DNA of 63,341 nucleotides, filler included, from Octopus bimaculoides (GCF_001194135.2; 6 parts of 6 records of this genome joined end to end with filler, not necessarily neighbours in it), one strand, 5' to 3'; shown: positions 37,575 through 50,301, numbered from the whole stretch's first letter. Notes: generated by a model from the letters alone, not told the origin. A program made the numbers and translations.

Positions 37575-37785
37575 ATTTTGATTTCAAATTTTGGCACAAG
37601 GCCAAAATATTCGAAGGAGTTAAGTCGATGACATCGACTCCAGCGCTGGACTGGCACTTATCGCAGCGACTCCGAAAGGAGGAAAGGTGGTGTCGACTTT
37701 GGCAGAACTTGAACTTAGAACGTAAAGACGGATTAAATGCTATCAAAGTATTTTATCCGACGTGTTATCGCTCGCCGCTTTAAGC
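37575..37785 (-). mobile_element. tRNA-derived SINE family B, second tandem copy
   Basis: Minus strand shows AAAGCGGCGAGCGATAAC head, GTTCTAAGTTCAAGTTC B-box and a GCCTTGTGCCAAAA tail. Confidence 0.78.
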
Positions 37786-38318
37786 CAATGAGTAAACATT
37801 AAACACAAAGGTCTTAACAAAATGAAGAAATGCAGATCAAACTTGAACGTAGTCCTGTGACTTTATTATCAGTTGATTAAAAGAAGAGTTATTCCTTATG
37901 TATTTAAATATTATCTTTTGCCGAAATTTCTAGGTAAACGTTGTAAACATCGGCGACAAAACCGAAAATCCGGCGATTCACGTCTGAAGTCGTCTGCGAT
38001 ATTTGACCTGCGCTAAGTTACGAACACTCTCTGTCTTTGTCACCATCGCACATTCAGTGAACCAGTGACTGGCCGATTGTAAATGCGTTACTAACGACGC
38101 TATTGTTCACCAGGGGCCAGCCACATAAACAGAAAAATCAATAAGTCATTTTAGTAGTAGTGATACAGAAAGCAGAAGGTTGTGAGTACACGTTGTGTTG
38201 AGATGAGAAGTTAGTATTTACTAATAGTTGCGTGGCCTTGTGGGTGTACACTGATCTATGTGCGTGTGTGCGCGAGTTTGCGTCTTTATGCGTGGTTTTT
38301 CCATGCATATTCTACAGA

Positions 38319-38398
<80 letters not shown>

Positions 38399-38455
38399 GT
38401 TTAATATTTATTTAATTTATAAGTTTATATTTACATCAGCGCTTATTAATTTTAA

Positions 38456-38723
38456 GGAAGCGTAATGGCCCAGTGATTAGGGCAGCGGACTCGCGGTCAA
38501 ACGATCGCGGTTTCGATTCCCAGACCGGGCGTTGTGAGTGTTTACTGAGCGAAAACACCTAAAGCTCCACGTCACACTGTCACGCAGAATATCCCCGAGA
38601 ACTACGTTAAGGGTACACGTGTCTGTCGAGTGCTCAACCACTTGCACGTTAATTTCACGAGCAGGCTGTTCCGTTGATCGGATCAAGTGGAACCCTCGAC
38701 GTCTAAGCGACTTAGTGCCAACA
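38456..38723 (+). mobile_element. tRNA(Arg)-like SINE family C, internally deleted
   Basis: Head TGGCCCAGTGATTAGGGCAGCGGACTCGCGG..GGTTTCGATTCC with a TCG anticodon-like loop. Probable TSD TATTAATT(T/C)TAA at 38444-38455 and 38724-38735. Confidence 0.88.
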
Positions 38724-39560
38724 TATTAATTCTAATAACGCTTTGACTGACATATGCCATAGTGTTTTACTTACGGCCTTCTACGTTGCTATTTCGAATT
38801 ATGTCACAGTTTGCCTTTCATCCTTTCAAGATCGCAGGATCGATGGAAAAAATGCCAATCAATTACTAGTATTAGATTAATTTCCTGTTCTTTCACTTCA
38901 ATATATATATAGCCACGTATGTACATTAGTGCTACTACGATTTACAGTAGTGCTTGTGATGCGTTCGGTTTCAATTCATGTTTGGTCCTTTATATTTCAA
39001 TGTTTCCTTCATACCTTTTCTTTATCGTAGTTGAAACCTCTCCCAAGCCATATCTTTATCTCATTCTTCAGAACGTAGCACAAACGAAACCGAAGACATA
39101 AGACTTCACTTGTTTATTGTTATTTTTATTATTCCATCGGGCCACTAAAAACTTGATTTCAGGCTGCCTGGGTTTGTCTGTACTACATTTATAAGATTAA
39201 CCATGTTAATTTTCCTAGAGGCCTCGTTTTTAATTGCAGTAAATCTGGCAATGAGGCCGGTAGTGAAAGTCAAAGCTGTATAGTTTTTAGTACCATAATG
39301 TGAGAAAAACATCGAGAGAAATGGAAACTGTCTTCTTTAACATGTATTTTCTTCAAAGGGGGAGATACTTATGATAGATATTGATACACCAGTCACAAGC
39401 CAAATCATAAAATGATAACTAATTCAATCTTCTATTTGATTACTTATCGGAAGAGAATTGACTATAAACAGTTAAACAAAAGGGAATTGAGCTGGATACA
39501 ATATTTTATTTTATTGTCTTAACTTATTTTTAATGCTGAATTCATTCGGCCACTGCCTAC

Positions 39561-39699
39561 GGGCTTAGCGTAGTGTATAAAGGCGCTGTTAATGCAGTCT
39601 AGTTGCCTACAGGTTCTGAGTTCAATCCCAGGCAAGGCATTAATGTGAATCACAAGACACCTGAAGAAGGGTGGAATGTACAACAGCCGAAATATAGTG
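39561..39699 (+). mobile_element. tRNA-like Pol III head fused to a decayed hammerhead motif
   Basis: A-box-like TAGCGTAGTGT (39566) and B-box-like GAGTTCAATCC (39618) precede CAAGACAC-CTGAAGA-AGGGTG..CAGCC-GAAAT, which is homologous to 50980-51028. Confidence 0.55.
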
Positions 39700-40389
39700 A
39701 AAGCGGCAATGTCTAACAAATGTATGGAACAATGAATAGAAACCATTAATTGAAAAAAGCTGCTAGTAAATTTGCGTGTAGAATACGTAACTGCTGTGGT
39801 AGCTCTGCATTACAGCTAAACTTGAAGGTAATCAATCCTGTTTTCCATGCTAAGATATATATTGAACATTATTGCTGTGTATAAGATAAAGTACGGTTAC
39901 CTCCGCCTTGTTGAGGACTATACTTTACATTCCGATTTGCAGTGGTTAATATTATGATGTATAGTGTAACAGTCTGAACATATTCTACTCTCTTCACTGC
40001 CTAATGCCCAGTCTTATATTTAGTTTAGCATAAATGTCTACGTGATGTATGCATAAAGTGTCAATTTTGTGTGTCAAACTTAACCTATCATCCGATCTAA
40101 CTTGTGGCTTTAGATCTCCATAACGAAATCTCATCTGTTAAAATTATTTAGATGGCTAGAAACTGGCGGGTGTGATACCTCTTGTTGTGTCGACGCCCTC
40201 AGGCGAAGAAGTAGGATCTCCCAAGACATATAAATAGAGGCATTCTGGCCGTGGTAGGAGTGTTGAGTAGCAGTCGAGTAGCTGTTGTATAGCGGTTGAG
40301 TAGAGATCATCCAAAGGTGCTAGATAGCAGTAGCTTGAGACATAACATCTCTTTACCACATATATATATATATGATGTATGTATTTATG

Positions 40390-40969
40390 TATGTATATAT
40401 CTCTTAATAATACTAAAACTCTAGAAGATGATCCATAATCTGTAGAAGTGAGAAAAACATCGCAGTTGTGCGTGTAGCTGTGAGGGGAAATCGTCGAATC
40501 CCCATCCGTGAGTTATCAGAGAATGTGCAGATTAGTTACGCTTCAGTTCAGTCCATTATCACAGAAGATTTGGGTATGAGACAAGTGTCTGCCAAGTTTG
40601 TGCCAAAATTGTTTTCAGCTGATTAAAAAGACACTAATGTTTCAGTTGCTCAAGATCTCCTTGAATGTGTCAAGAATGATGAAATCTTTTTGAAAACTTT
40701 GCGTAGGCCTCTGAGCAGGTATCGCCAACCTTTTGGCAAAATTTCATGCAGCTTCTCTGCTCAACTTCCTCTGTCATGGTCAATGTGACGATCACACGCT
40801 ACATACCTTCCTTTCAAGCACTATTCTAAACAACACAAGAAAGCTAGAAGGGTAAAACTTAGTGCGCGTGCGCACATCAGAGGTTAAGGTCAATCTGTGC
40901 CTATCGGCTTTATTCGGCTTTTGCTTCGTTAGTACGGCAACAGTCCGGATATTTATTGATCAGACCTCG
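40390..40969. mobile_element. Non-autonomous mariner derivative ending in an inverted copy of the element 5' end
   Basis: The plus strand reads RRIPIRELSE..LGMRQVSAKFVPKL..QDLLECVKND. The minus strand from 40969 reads TIR CGAGGTCTGATCAATAAATATCCGG and then MTEEVEQRSCMKFCQKVGDTCSEAYA (ATG at 40777). Confidence 0.82.
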
Positions 40970-41121
40970 TATATATATATCAACGTGTGTGTATGTGTGT
41001 GTGTGTGTGTGTGTATGTGTGTGTGCGTACATATAAGTGTATGTGTACGCAAACACATACAGAATATATATGAACAGAGACAGACAGACAGACAGACAGA
41101 CGGACAGACAGAGAGGGGGAT

Positions 41122-41167
<46 letters not shown>

Positions 41168-41760
41168 GCAATTCAAAAAGTTTTTAGACCCCACCCCTTA
41201 TTTAACCGTTCTCTCTGTGCAAACACTGATGCTTCGGACTTATTAAAGTATCATTGTTTTTTGGGGGTTTTTTTTTACATATCAGATAACAGTTTATTGT
41301 TTGAAATATCTATTCATGCAATGAACTCCAAGTGAAAAAGAGTAGTCTTATTTTTAAAGAGGGTGCATTGCGGGTCAAAGTGAGGGTTGTCCTAAGCCAG
41401 CGTAAGATTGTACAAAACCATGGGATTTCGCTTGCACCAGTTAACAGTGTCGTTGTACAATTCGCCAACAAATAAGAAGAAATCAACAGCAGTCCGCTCA
41501 GGTTGAGCCGGGCCTTCTGCCAGGCGTCTTCGGGCTGTGAAGCGGATTTTTTTTAATAATTCCCGTTGTTGCAATAAAATAATCCCGGTTGATGTTGCAG
41601 AGCTATTTCTGTGTGATATCTCCACCATCTTAACTTGGCTACTACATTAGAGCAGCTAGAAGGCTACCTCTTCATTGACCAGCAAATATCCAAAAACGAA
41701 AGGAGAAATAATCTTTGAAATCATGATGGTGTCTATTTTTGAAACTTTTAGTGGTATATA

Positions 41761-41798
<38 letters not shown>

Positions 41799-42380
41799 NN
41801 NNNNNNNNNNNNNNNNNNNNNNNNNNNNNNNNNNNNNNNNNNNNNNNNNNNNNNNNNNNNNNNNNNNNNNNNNNNNNNNNNNNNNNNNNNNNNNNNNNNN
41901 NNNNNNNNNNNNNNNNNNNNNNNNNNNNNNNNNNNNNNNNNNNNNNNNNNNNNNNNNAGCATTGTACTGAATTCTTACCGTAACATTAATTTTACGTTTC
42001 AAAAATGAGTGATGACTTGTTTATCGAGTAATCATTAAGAGTTTGGAACTGACAATATTTCATTATTCTATTTTAATTCTACCAATGTTCGTGATATTGG
42101 ACTGGGCACGAATCCAATTTTAGCAATCTAACATCTTATGCTGATGTTGATTTAAGAAGCTTACGTAGACGAAACATAGGACAAGGTCGGTTAAATCAAT
42201 CTCAATATATACTATTTACCCATAATGCTTGTTGGATATTAAGTAACATAGCATTCAAAACTCAGGCAAAGGTTCGGAAAGCGCTATCGTGGAAGGAAGT
42301 GTATAGAGTAGAAGATCAAGAAGAGTATAGATTAGCAGATCAAAATACAAATATATATACTTACATAGATATATGCATAT

Positions 42381-42486
42381 TTAGACAGACAGACAGACAG
42401 ACAGATAGATAAACAGACAGACAGACAAGCAGACAGGCAGGCAGACAAACAGTCAGACAGACAGACATACAGACAGACAGACAGAC

Positions 42487-42533
<47 letters not shown>

Positions 42534-42534
42534 C

Positions 42535-42565
<31 letters not shown>

Positions 42566-42566
42566 C

Positions 42567-42656
<90 letters not shown>
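42381..42656. repeat. Compound (GACA)n/(GATA)n tetranucleotide array
   Basis: About 275 nt of visible tetranucleotide repeats. Confidence 0.95.
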
Positions 42657-43379
42657 GGCAACTTAGTGAAGCGTGAAAAGCTACGATCTGGAGCGGTGTG
42701 AAAGACTTTGAGCTTGGCTGAATTACACATGCTGAAGGGAAAAGGAAATTTTGTAAAAATGAGATAAATATCAATAGCGTTGACAGTCACTCATGAGTTC
42801 ACCTGAACCATCACTCGAGCTTGGTGAATCTTCATGTCAGTAGTGGAGACTGAAGGGCATCCTGTACTCTCTTCGTACTTCAAGCTTGTCCGGCTGTTTT
42901 TGAGCGAGAATATTTGGGTGGGGACGGGCTTCGCTAGTTCAAATCACGTGAATAGATTCACAAATCAGTCAAGGAACATTTCTATTTTTTTCCTACCTTT
43001 CTCTACCTTTTTTCTACTTGAGGCCAGATTAACAACTTGTAAGTTTTCACAACGTAGAGACGTCAATTTGTGTGGGGAAGAAGGGAAAATGTTCCCCGTA
43101 GCAAAATAACCGATCTAGTAGCATTAGGCTACGTATCTGTTGGTGTGTTACCTATGCTAATGCATGGTACATTTACAGTTATGTAGTTCTGAAAGGTGGT
43201 GGTATGAAGGAAAAATGATCTGACTATGAACAATTGTGTATGGGCCAAGGGTTTGAAATTCAGATCGGTGTAATCAAATCTGGCAAGAAACTACTACAAA
43301 TAAGGCTGGTAAAAATTGTATAACATTCATTGCCTAGAACAGCAGATCTACTTGAAGAAAAAATAGGTTCTTACGAACG

Positions 43380-43635
43380 ATAAAAACTTTGCTATTTTGT
43401 GGATATTTGCACGGGTGTGAAAATTTTTCACTCATACAGATTAAGAAGACATCAGGTATAGTCAACTCATGTGATGTGACTTGAGACACAAGTATGTTTC
43501 CTATGAAGACAGCATCGACGCTGGTCAGATTCAAAAGAATGACAGGTTTGAACCACTTCTTAAAGAATGTTAGGATTTTGGGTGGATGTAGTCGATTAGT
43601 GTCTCTTCGAACAACGTTATGGTATTCAGTCAAAA
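43380..43635 (+). mobile_element. Possible very old RTE-like LINE relic
   Basis: TLLFCGYLHGCENFSL resembles LLYGCETWTL, followed by weak W.GHV.RM-like remnants. Confidence 0.3.
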
Positions 43636-43885
43636 GGACAATTATTAATAGTTAAGTTAATGTTCACTATGGTAAACATTAAAAATCTAATGAGAAATGT
43701 GTACAGTGTGACGAAAAAAATACATTAGCACAATGACTAACATTACTTTAATCATTTCCATAAGTATGGTGAGACAAGACTGTGTTGTTTCGGATGTTGT
43801 TTCGGATATTAGACGTCGAAAGGGAAACATTTTTCCTATACTGGGAGAACTTAGTTGTAGCCATGTTATTTCAGACGCAATTCAT

Positions 43886-43905
43886 TTATTATTATTATTA
43901 TAATA

Positions 43906-43967
<62 letters not shown>

Positions 43968-43980
43968 CATCATTATTATT
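43886..43980. repeat. (TTA)n microsatellite
   Basis: Visible trinucleotide array. Confidence 0.95.
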
Positions 43981-46410
43981 CGGTTCAAAATTTACTCGCG
44001 ATTGACTTTCCAATTGATTATTGTGACGATCGATAAAATATGAACAGATGTGTATAGGGTCAGTTTGATCGATTACACTTTCTCTTCTGAAAATTTGCAT
44101 CAATGCATCAATATGTAAGAAATACATATTTTTGCTATCTTTATTGAGTTGTTTACTGCAATATCAATATTGCGGCCCTAAATTAGGTTCCTTTAGCTTA
44201 TTATTCAACAGCTCTTCCTTGATTGTCTATGAAGAACGATTAATTGATTTATCAATGTCAATGCTAGTCTCCTCTCAAAGCGGTCTGCAATTATCTGCGA
44301 TGTCAAAAGTACAAACACTAATAAAAAAAAAAACTTTCAATTTTTGAGAGACAATTTGAATTTTAATTCGAATCGGATAATAACTTACTTCTGCTTGATT
44401 CAAACATTCTTTATGAAGAACATAATCAATGTAAAAATATTCAAATTTAAATCATTGTCTGTAATGGAATGATAATTTTAAACAGCGCCCCAGCAATAGT
44501 CACAGACAGATACACACAAAATAAACAAAGTATCTAATAAAGAAAAAGAATGAAAAAGAAAGAAATGAACATTATTTCAATGATACATCGATAAAGCAAT
44601 AAATAGGTGAAATAATTGAAAATTTCAAGCGTTTCTCGTAATATGTACAATTTATAAATCAGAATTGTCTACAAGGATATTATTGGAAAAAATTTCTCAT
44701 GATTTAAATTGATTTTAAAGCTGACTCGTTGAAAATAACTCTTTTTCTTCGTTTCTTTTTATTTCCTCTTTCTTTTTTGTCGTTTCTTTTTCATTCTAGA
44801 CTATTTACCGTATATAAAAGAGATTAAAACTCGGCTCTATATCGTAACCTTTATTATATGTTGAAAATGAATATTTTAATGAAAGCTATCCAATTGCAGC
44901 TAACTGTGTAGGACAAATGGCGTGACAGTACGGAAGCACAAAAGGGAAGAATTGAGAATATTAGAATAGAATTATAAAACTAACAAGAAAAGGAATAAAT
45001 GAATAAAATTGATATTACTCTGAAACACTAAAATAATGACAAAATGTCCTACGGTAAATGTTTTCTGGCACGAATATGATAATCCATTAGTTTTTCTAAC
45101 GAGATGATTCAATGGATTTCATTTTTGTGTGAGCCATTTGAAAGCAATTCATTTTAATGTATTCTATTACGAGAGACATAGATTATCTCCACCGTTTTCA
45201 GGAAATGATTTTATAGTAACCGGTTCGAATCAACTGCAAAGTTTAATTTTTATAGATTGATTCTATACGATGCTTTGCTCTCCTTTTGTTACTGCCGTCG
45301 TTGTTCTTGTTATTGTTGTTTAATCCCTATACTGTTCTGAAAAAGTAGAACTATAATCAAAGTATTGCAGCTAGGGTCTTCAAGTATCTTTTCACACTTC
45401 AGGTAGTGGACTACATCATACAATGTATACTTCCTTTGTAAAAGTCGCAGTAGCACGCAATTTGATGGATATATCGCTGCTATTTCTCTCAAGTACGCAT
45501 CGTTAAAATGGTTCTCTCTCTCTCTCTCTCTTTATCTCTTGTTACTCGTCCTTCGCCTCTCACCGTTACTACTACTATCTCTCTCTCGCTCTCTCTCTCT
45601 CTCTACCTCTCGTTGCCCACTTTTATCATACTTCCTCCCCTCCTTTTCCCTCTGCTACTCTTTCTCTTCACACAGCCTTGGTCACGTGTTTCCGGCTGCT
45701 ATTTCTTTTCGTTCTTGGAATCACCAAGCTCGCACGTACTTCTTTGCCCCTCCTGTACGTGCTTCACAGAGTTCAAGCATACACACTTCACGTCTGGCTG
45801 TACAGCCTTTTTGTTTGTTTATTTCACCGTTTCGTTTTCCTGTCTTGTTTTCCGTCCGCCACTACCCTCGACGAAAACAATTTAATTTGTGTTCGTGGGA
45901 AGAACCATTTTAACGATGCGTACTGCCTTAATTCTNNNNNNNNNNNNNNNNNNNNNNNNNNNNNNNNNNNNNNNNNNNNNNNNNNNNNNNNNNNNNNNNN
46001 NNNNNNNNNNNNNNNNNNNNNNNNNNNNNNNNNNNNNNNNNNNNNNNNNNNNNNNNNNNNNNNNNNNNNNNNNNNNNNNNNNNNNNNNNNNNNNNNNNNN
46101 NNNNNNNNNNNNNNNNNNNNNNNNNNNNNNNNNNNNNNNNNNNNNNNNNNNNNNNNNNNNNNNNNNNNNNNNNNNNNNNNNNNNNNNNNNNNNNNNNNNN
46201 NNNNNNNNNNNNNNNNNNNNNNNNNNNNNNNNNNNNNNNNNNNNNNNNNNNNNNNNNNNNNNNNNNNNNNNNNNNNNNNNNNNNNNNNNNNNNNNNNNNN
46301 NNNNNNNNNNNNNNNNNNNNNNNNNNNNNNNNNNNNNNNNNNNNNNNNNNNNNNNNNNNNNNNNNNNNNNNNNNNNNNNNNNNNNNNNNNNNNNNNNNNN
46401 NNNNNNNNNN

Positions 46411-46450
<40 letters not shown>

Positions 46451-47433
46451 TGTGTGTATTCATGAAATAAATCTAAAACGTGTCACTGTTTGGATGTCAA
46501 TCTCACTGGTAACCGATATACGTATATCCACGTATTTATAGAAGTTGTACTAATACCAACAAGAGGGTATTATCATGTAAACAACAACTCCAGCTGATCA
46601 ACATTCCAAAGGTTTAAAAAAGTATTAAATTTGCAATATGAAGGTCAAGATGAAACAAACTGTATAGATAGATCAGGAGATTTCGAATGTATATGGTTTT
46701 AATTAAAAGTTACACTTAAAGTCTATTGACGATGAAACCTCTAATACAAATATTTTTATATCATAATAAAATTTAGATGAGCAGATCCGGTTTACTAAAA
46801 ATCCACCTGATATAAACTTCATTTGGCAATTACTAAAAGGAGAATATTTGCTACTAAATCGAATAATTGAAATTGACGCAGTTTTACTGGCTGCGAAAAT
46901 GGAAATAACAATATTAACTTCCATCCTTATATAATTTTAATTGCGCTCACGACAAGTATTTTGAATTAGGTGCAGATGATGTGGTATTTTACTGAAGAAT
47001 TTAGTATAATATGTTTATATTAAGGTGTCATACTTATAAATTATAAATTAAGTTTAGCTGCTACTAATCAAATAATGAAAATAGCAGTATGTGGGAAAAT
47101 GAAACTATAAAGTAAAATAGAAAAAGTTAATAATTTTCTAAAGACATTATCAAATATGTCTTATGTATTTCGACTTCAATGGTGTTTCAAAACAATTTTC
47201 CATTTAAATTTATATCTATTTTAACACTACTCCTCTACATATTTCAATCAAATTTGTTTTCTGAACTTTCATATTTGGCCTATTTGCCACTGAATAACAT
47301 TCAATACAATAGGTTGTTTTATTGATTTTTTTTCGATTATAAATTTTTAATTTGGCGTTATTATTTTACGCTTGACGTTACCCTGTTGCTTGTTTATTTG
47401 TTTTTGTTTATTACAATATATAACTCATGGGTT

Positions 47434-47628
47434 AAGGTAACGAGATGGCAGAAGAGTGAAAATACTTAATGGCATTTCTTCCGGCTCAGTACGTACTGAG
47501 TCCAAATGCTACCGAGGTCGATTTTGCTTTTCACCGTTTCGGGGTCGAGGAAATAAGTGACAGTTGAGCGGTGGGCTCGTTGTAATCGACTTCCCACTAC
47601 TCGCAGAATTGCTGGCCTTGTGCCAAAC
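47434..47628 (+). mobile_element. SINE family B, diverged copy
   Basis: AAGGTAACGAGATGGCAGAA head, GAGGTCGATTTTGCTTTTCACCGTTTCGGGGTCGA core and GCCTTGTGCCAAA tail. Confidence 0.8.
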
Positions 47629-47867
47629 TTCCTACAGAATATGTAATTCGTGGATATAAACATATAGAACTACGCTGAATGGAAAAGGCATTCAAAGAAA
47701 TTGCATGCTGCAGTGGATTACGTAAGGAACAAATTAATAAGTTCAATTCAATTGTAAAGCGTTTGATTCCTTTACTCAACTGTGTTCTTGTCGTTAATGG
47801 AACGGTAAATTCTTAACAGACTATGTCTTACTGAGTTTTCTTGAAGATTATATTTAGAGCAATGGTA

Positions 47868-49117
47868 TTGGGTCATCCCATAAATAATGCAGTTTTTTTC
47901 AATTCCATAAACTAAAAGTCGGAGGGGGCGGGATAATCTACTTGCTATAAAACATAGTAATTTTACCTTGCCCTTATTCTTAGTGTAGGTTTTGCAGAGT
48001 GTAGTTCGATTTTAACAGTTATTTTATCAAAGCTATAATGGAAGAGACAAAGGTGCATAATCAGCATATTTTGCTTTATGAGTTCAATAAAGGCAACAAC
48101 GCAACGGAAAGTGCGAGGAATATTAATGCACTTTATGAGGATCGGACAATAAGCGTAAGCCAGTGTCAACGGTGATTCTAGTAATTCTGAGCCGGAAATT
48201 ACAGCCTAGAAGACGAACCGCGTCCTAGAATATCTACAGAGCTCCATGAGGACATCCTGCAAAACCTGGTGGAACGAAATCCCATAGTAACTGTTGAGGA
48301 ACTAGCAGAGAAGCTTGGATTTGATCATTCAAGCCGCGTGCCATCGGAAAAGTCAGCAAATTGGGTCAATGGCTTCCTCACATACGAGTCTAATCATGCG
48401 CAAAGAGTGTATGTGTACTCTTCTTTGCTGTCACGTCTTCCGAATGAACCGTGTTTTGAACCAAATAGTGACTGATGACGAGAAATAGGTTCTCCATAAA
48501 AATGTCAAGCACCGAAGACAGTATATAGGGAAAGGATAATCACCAGCACTTCAGGCTAAAGAAGGTCTTCATCCACGTAAGGTGTTGTTACCTGTTTGGT
48601 GGAGTATGAAAGGTTTAGTCCACGTAGAAATTTTAAACTCAAACCAAATGATAACAAAGGAGAGCTACTGCGAACAACTTGAGCGGCTTAAGTCAGTGCT
48701 AGAAAGAAAACGACCATCTTCGGTTTCAAGACGAAAGGCGTTCTTTCATCGGAATAATGCTCGCCATATACCGCGAGGATGACATCCCAAAGGCTGGAGC
48801 AGTTTGAATAGGAAATGTTGCCCCACCCACCATGTTCGCCGAATATTGCACCATCTGATTATCACTTATTTCATAGTCTTTAAAATCATTTGGACGGAAA
48901 TCATATGAATTCTGTAGACGGTCAGAACAGTACTGGAGGAGTATTTTTAGTTACGGAGGATTAAATTTTGGAAGAGGAGCCTTGCAAGTCCAGATAGATG
49001 GAAGTGATTTGTAGAAAATGAAGGAGAGTATATTTTAGACCTAAAAACAACTTTATCTTAATTTTGAAAAGTGAAAGAAGTATAAAAAAAAATCGCATTA
49101 TGCATGGGATGATACAA
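47868..49117 (+). mobile_element. Full-length mariner copy 2 (1250 bp) with both TIRs and TA target duplications; transposase pseudogene
   Basis: The left TIR TTGGGTCATCCCATAAATAATGCAG and the reverse complement of the right end TTGTATCATCCCATGCATAATGCGA agree at 26/32 by eye. TA flanks both sides. Remnants of all three D,D34D motifs are present (IVTDDEK, FHRNNAR, SPNIAPSDYHLF), with many stops and frameshifts. Confidence 0.93.
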
Positions 49118-49269
49118 TATACGTCGAAAATTCAAACACATTGTAATAAGTAACCATAGTATTTGATCGAAGACCAAGCTGGAAGATGGATCATCAAACC
49201 GGTGAATAATGTACATAATTCCTCATCTCTTAAATATAGAATTGTATACCTTATTCTTTAAATTACATC

Positions 49270-49460
49270 TGATGATAGTTTCTGAAAACACATTTACAGG
49301 TGTGAACACATGATAAGCAGTCTCCCTCTTTGTATTCAGGAGTCGATGTCTTGAATACAAGATTTGAAAAAGCTCCTCTGTAGAGAAACTAAGTGAAACT
49401 AACATCATTGGTTTTTCATTGAAGCACTTGATATAACCGGGAAACTTGGATGGTAACATC
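49270..49460 (-). mobile_element. Possible PLE GIY-YIG C-terminal relic
   Basis: TEELFQILYSRHRLLNTKRE..(frameshift)SCVHTCKCVF parallels KEILSILWTNENIINRISE..RCLHAYKCTF of the 27125 copy. Confidence 0.45.
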
Positions 49461-49640
49461 CTATTAAGAGGATTTGATATACATTATATATTTATATATA
49501 TATATATATATATCGTAAATTTTATTTGTTCATTGTATAGGCACGACACAGAAGTGCTCACATAAAAGACCCGAGACGCAAAGGTATAAAAAAAATGTTA
49601 CGGAGAACGTAGCATGAAATGTGAAATCCTGAATAAGATA

Positions 49641-49730
49641 CTCTCTGATGAAGGAGGTAGTACCCAATTTTCGAAATGAAAACACCCTTAAAATCTATGG
49701 ATTACTATACCCCTGAAACGGCCGTAAGAG
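49641..49730 (+). ncRNA. Type I hammerhead ribozyme motif, canonical core
   Basis: CTCT-CTGATGA-AGGAGGTAGTA..TACTATACCCCT-GAAAC-GGCC-GTA-AGAG. Stem I is CTCT/AGAG (6 of 7 bp when extended), stem II is about 10 bp with two bulges, and stem III is the palindrome ACGGCCGT. Confidence 0.82.
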
Positions 49731-50099
49731 GATTACCATCAACATTACTTATTCTCTCGGATTATTTACATATGTTTTTGGAAATATTCCTACCTCAACA
49801 TACGATGATTTTTTTTATTAGCTCTTCGGACGACTTTACTTTATTCATCTTTTTGTAAGGACATACTTGTATTCTTAATAATTTTTACAGCGTCGTTCTA
49901 GCCTATTTACACTCATCTATTTATTATGTATTCATGTGTATTCATGAATTTCTAATATGTTTTAATATTTTAACGACTGGTACATTGGTATATTTAAAGA
50001 CTGGTAAGCATTAATCTATGGCAGAATATATGTATAATTAAATTGTTGAACCTATCTGAAATTGTCCTTAGCATATATATATATATATTCTTTTTTTAT

Positions 50100-50250
50100 T
50101 ATTTCATTTACTTGCCATGCTAGAGCATCGACGTGTAGGGTTCTAGTTGAAGCACTCGACTCTAGTACTTATTTTATCAGTTTCCTTTGCCGAACCTCTG
50201 AGTTATAGGGATGTAAATAAACTGACACCAGTTATCGAGCAGACACAAAT
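50100..50250 (-). mobile_element. SINE family A tail, diverged
   Basis: GCCATGCTAGAGCA..TAGTACTTATT..TTTGCCGAACC..GGGATGTAAA followed by the internal microsatellite. Confidence 0.7.
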
Positions 50251-50301
50251 ACACACACAAATACACACACATATATACACCCACATATATACACACACAT
50301 A

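Noticed and set aside
37930-38030. Acceptor-like TTTCTAG followed by KRCKHRRQNRKSGDSRLKSSAIFDLR*
   Set aside because: It is short, has no homology I can recognise and no linked exons.
38456-38530. tRNA-Arg-like sequence here, and tRNA-like pieces at 52280-52355 and 52951-53010
   Set aside because: The acceptor stem is incomplete and the sequence continues into a multi-copy SINE body, so these are SINE heads and not tRNA genes.
40160-40360. LTR-like segment (TATAAATAG box, TG start on the minus strand)
   Set aside because: No second LTR, PBS/PPT or TSD was found.
44920-44945. AAATGGCG plus CGGAAG motif pair (YY1/ETS-like)
   Set aside because: The ATG is followed by a stop after one codon, the context is AT-rich and there is no other support.
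46690-46940. Possible PLE RT relic (KSIDD..NLDEQIRFT..NFHP)
   Set aside because: The motif spacing is plausible, but identity is too low to call without an alignment.
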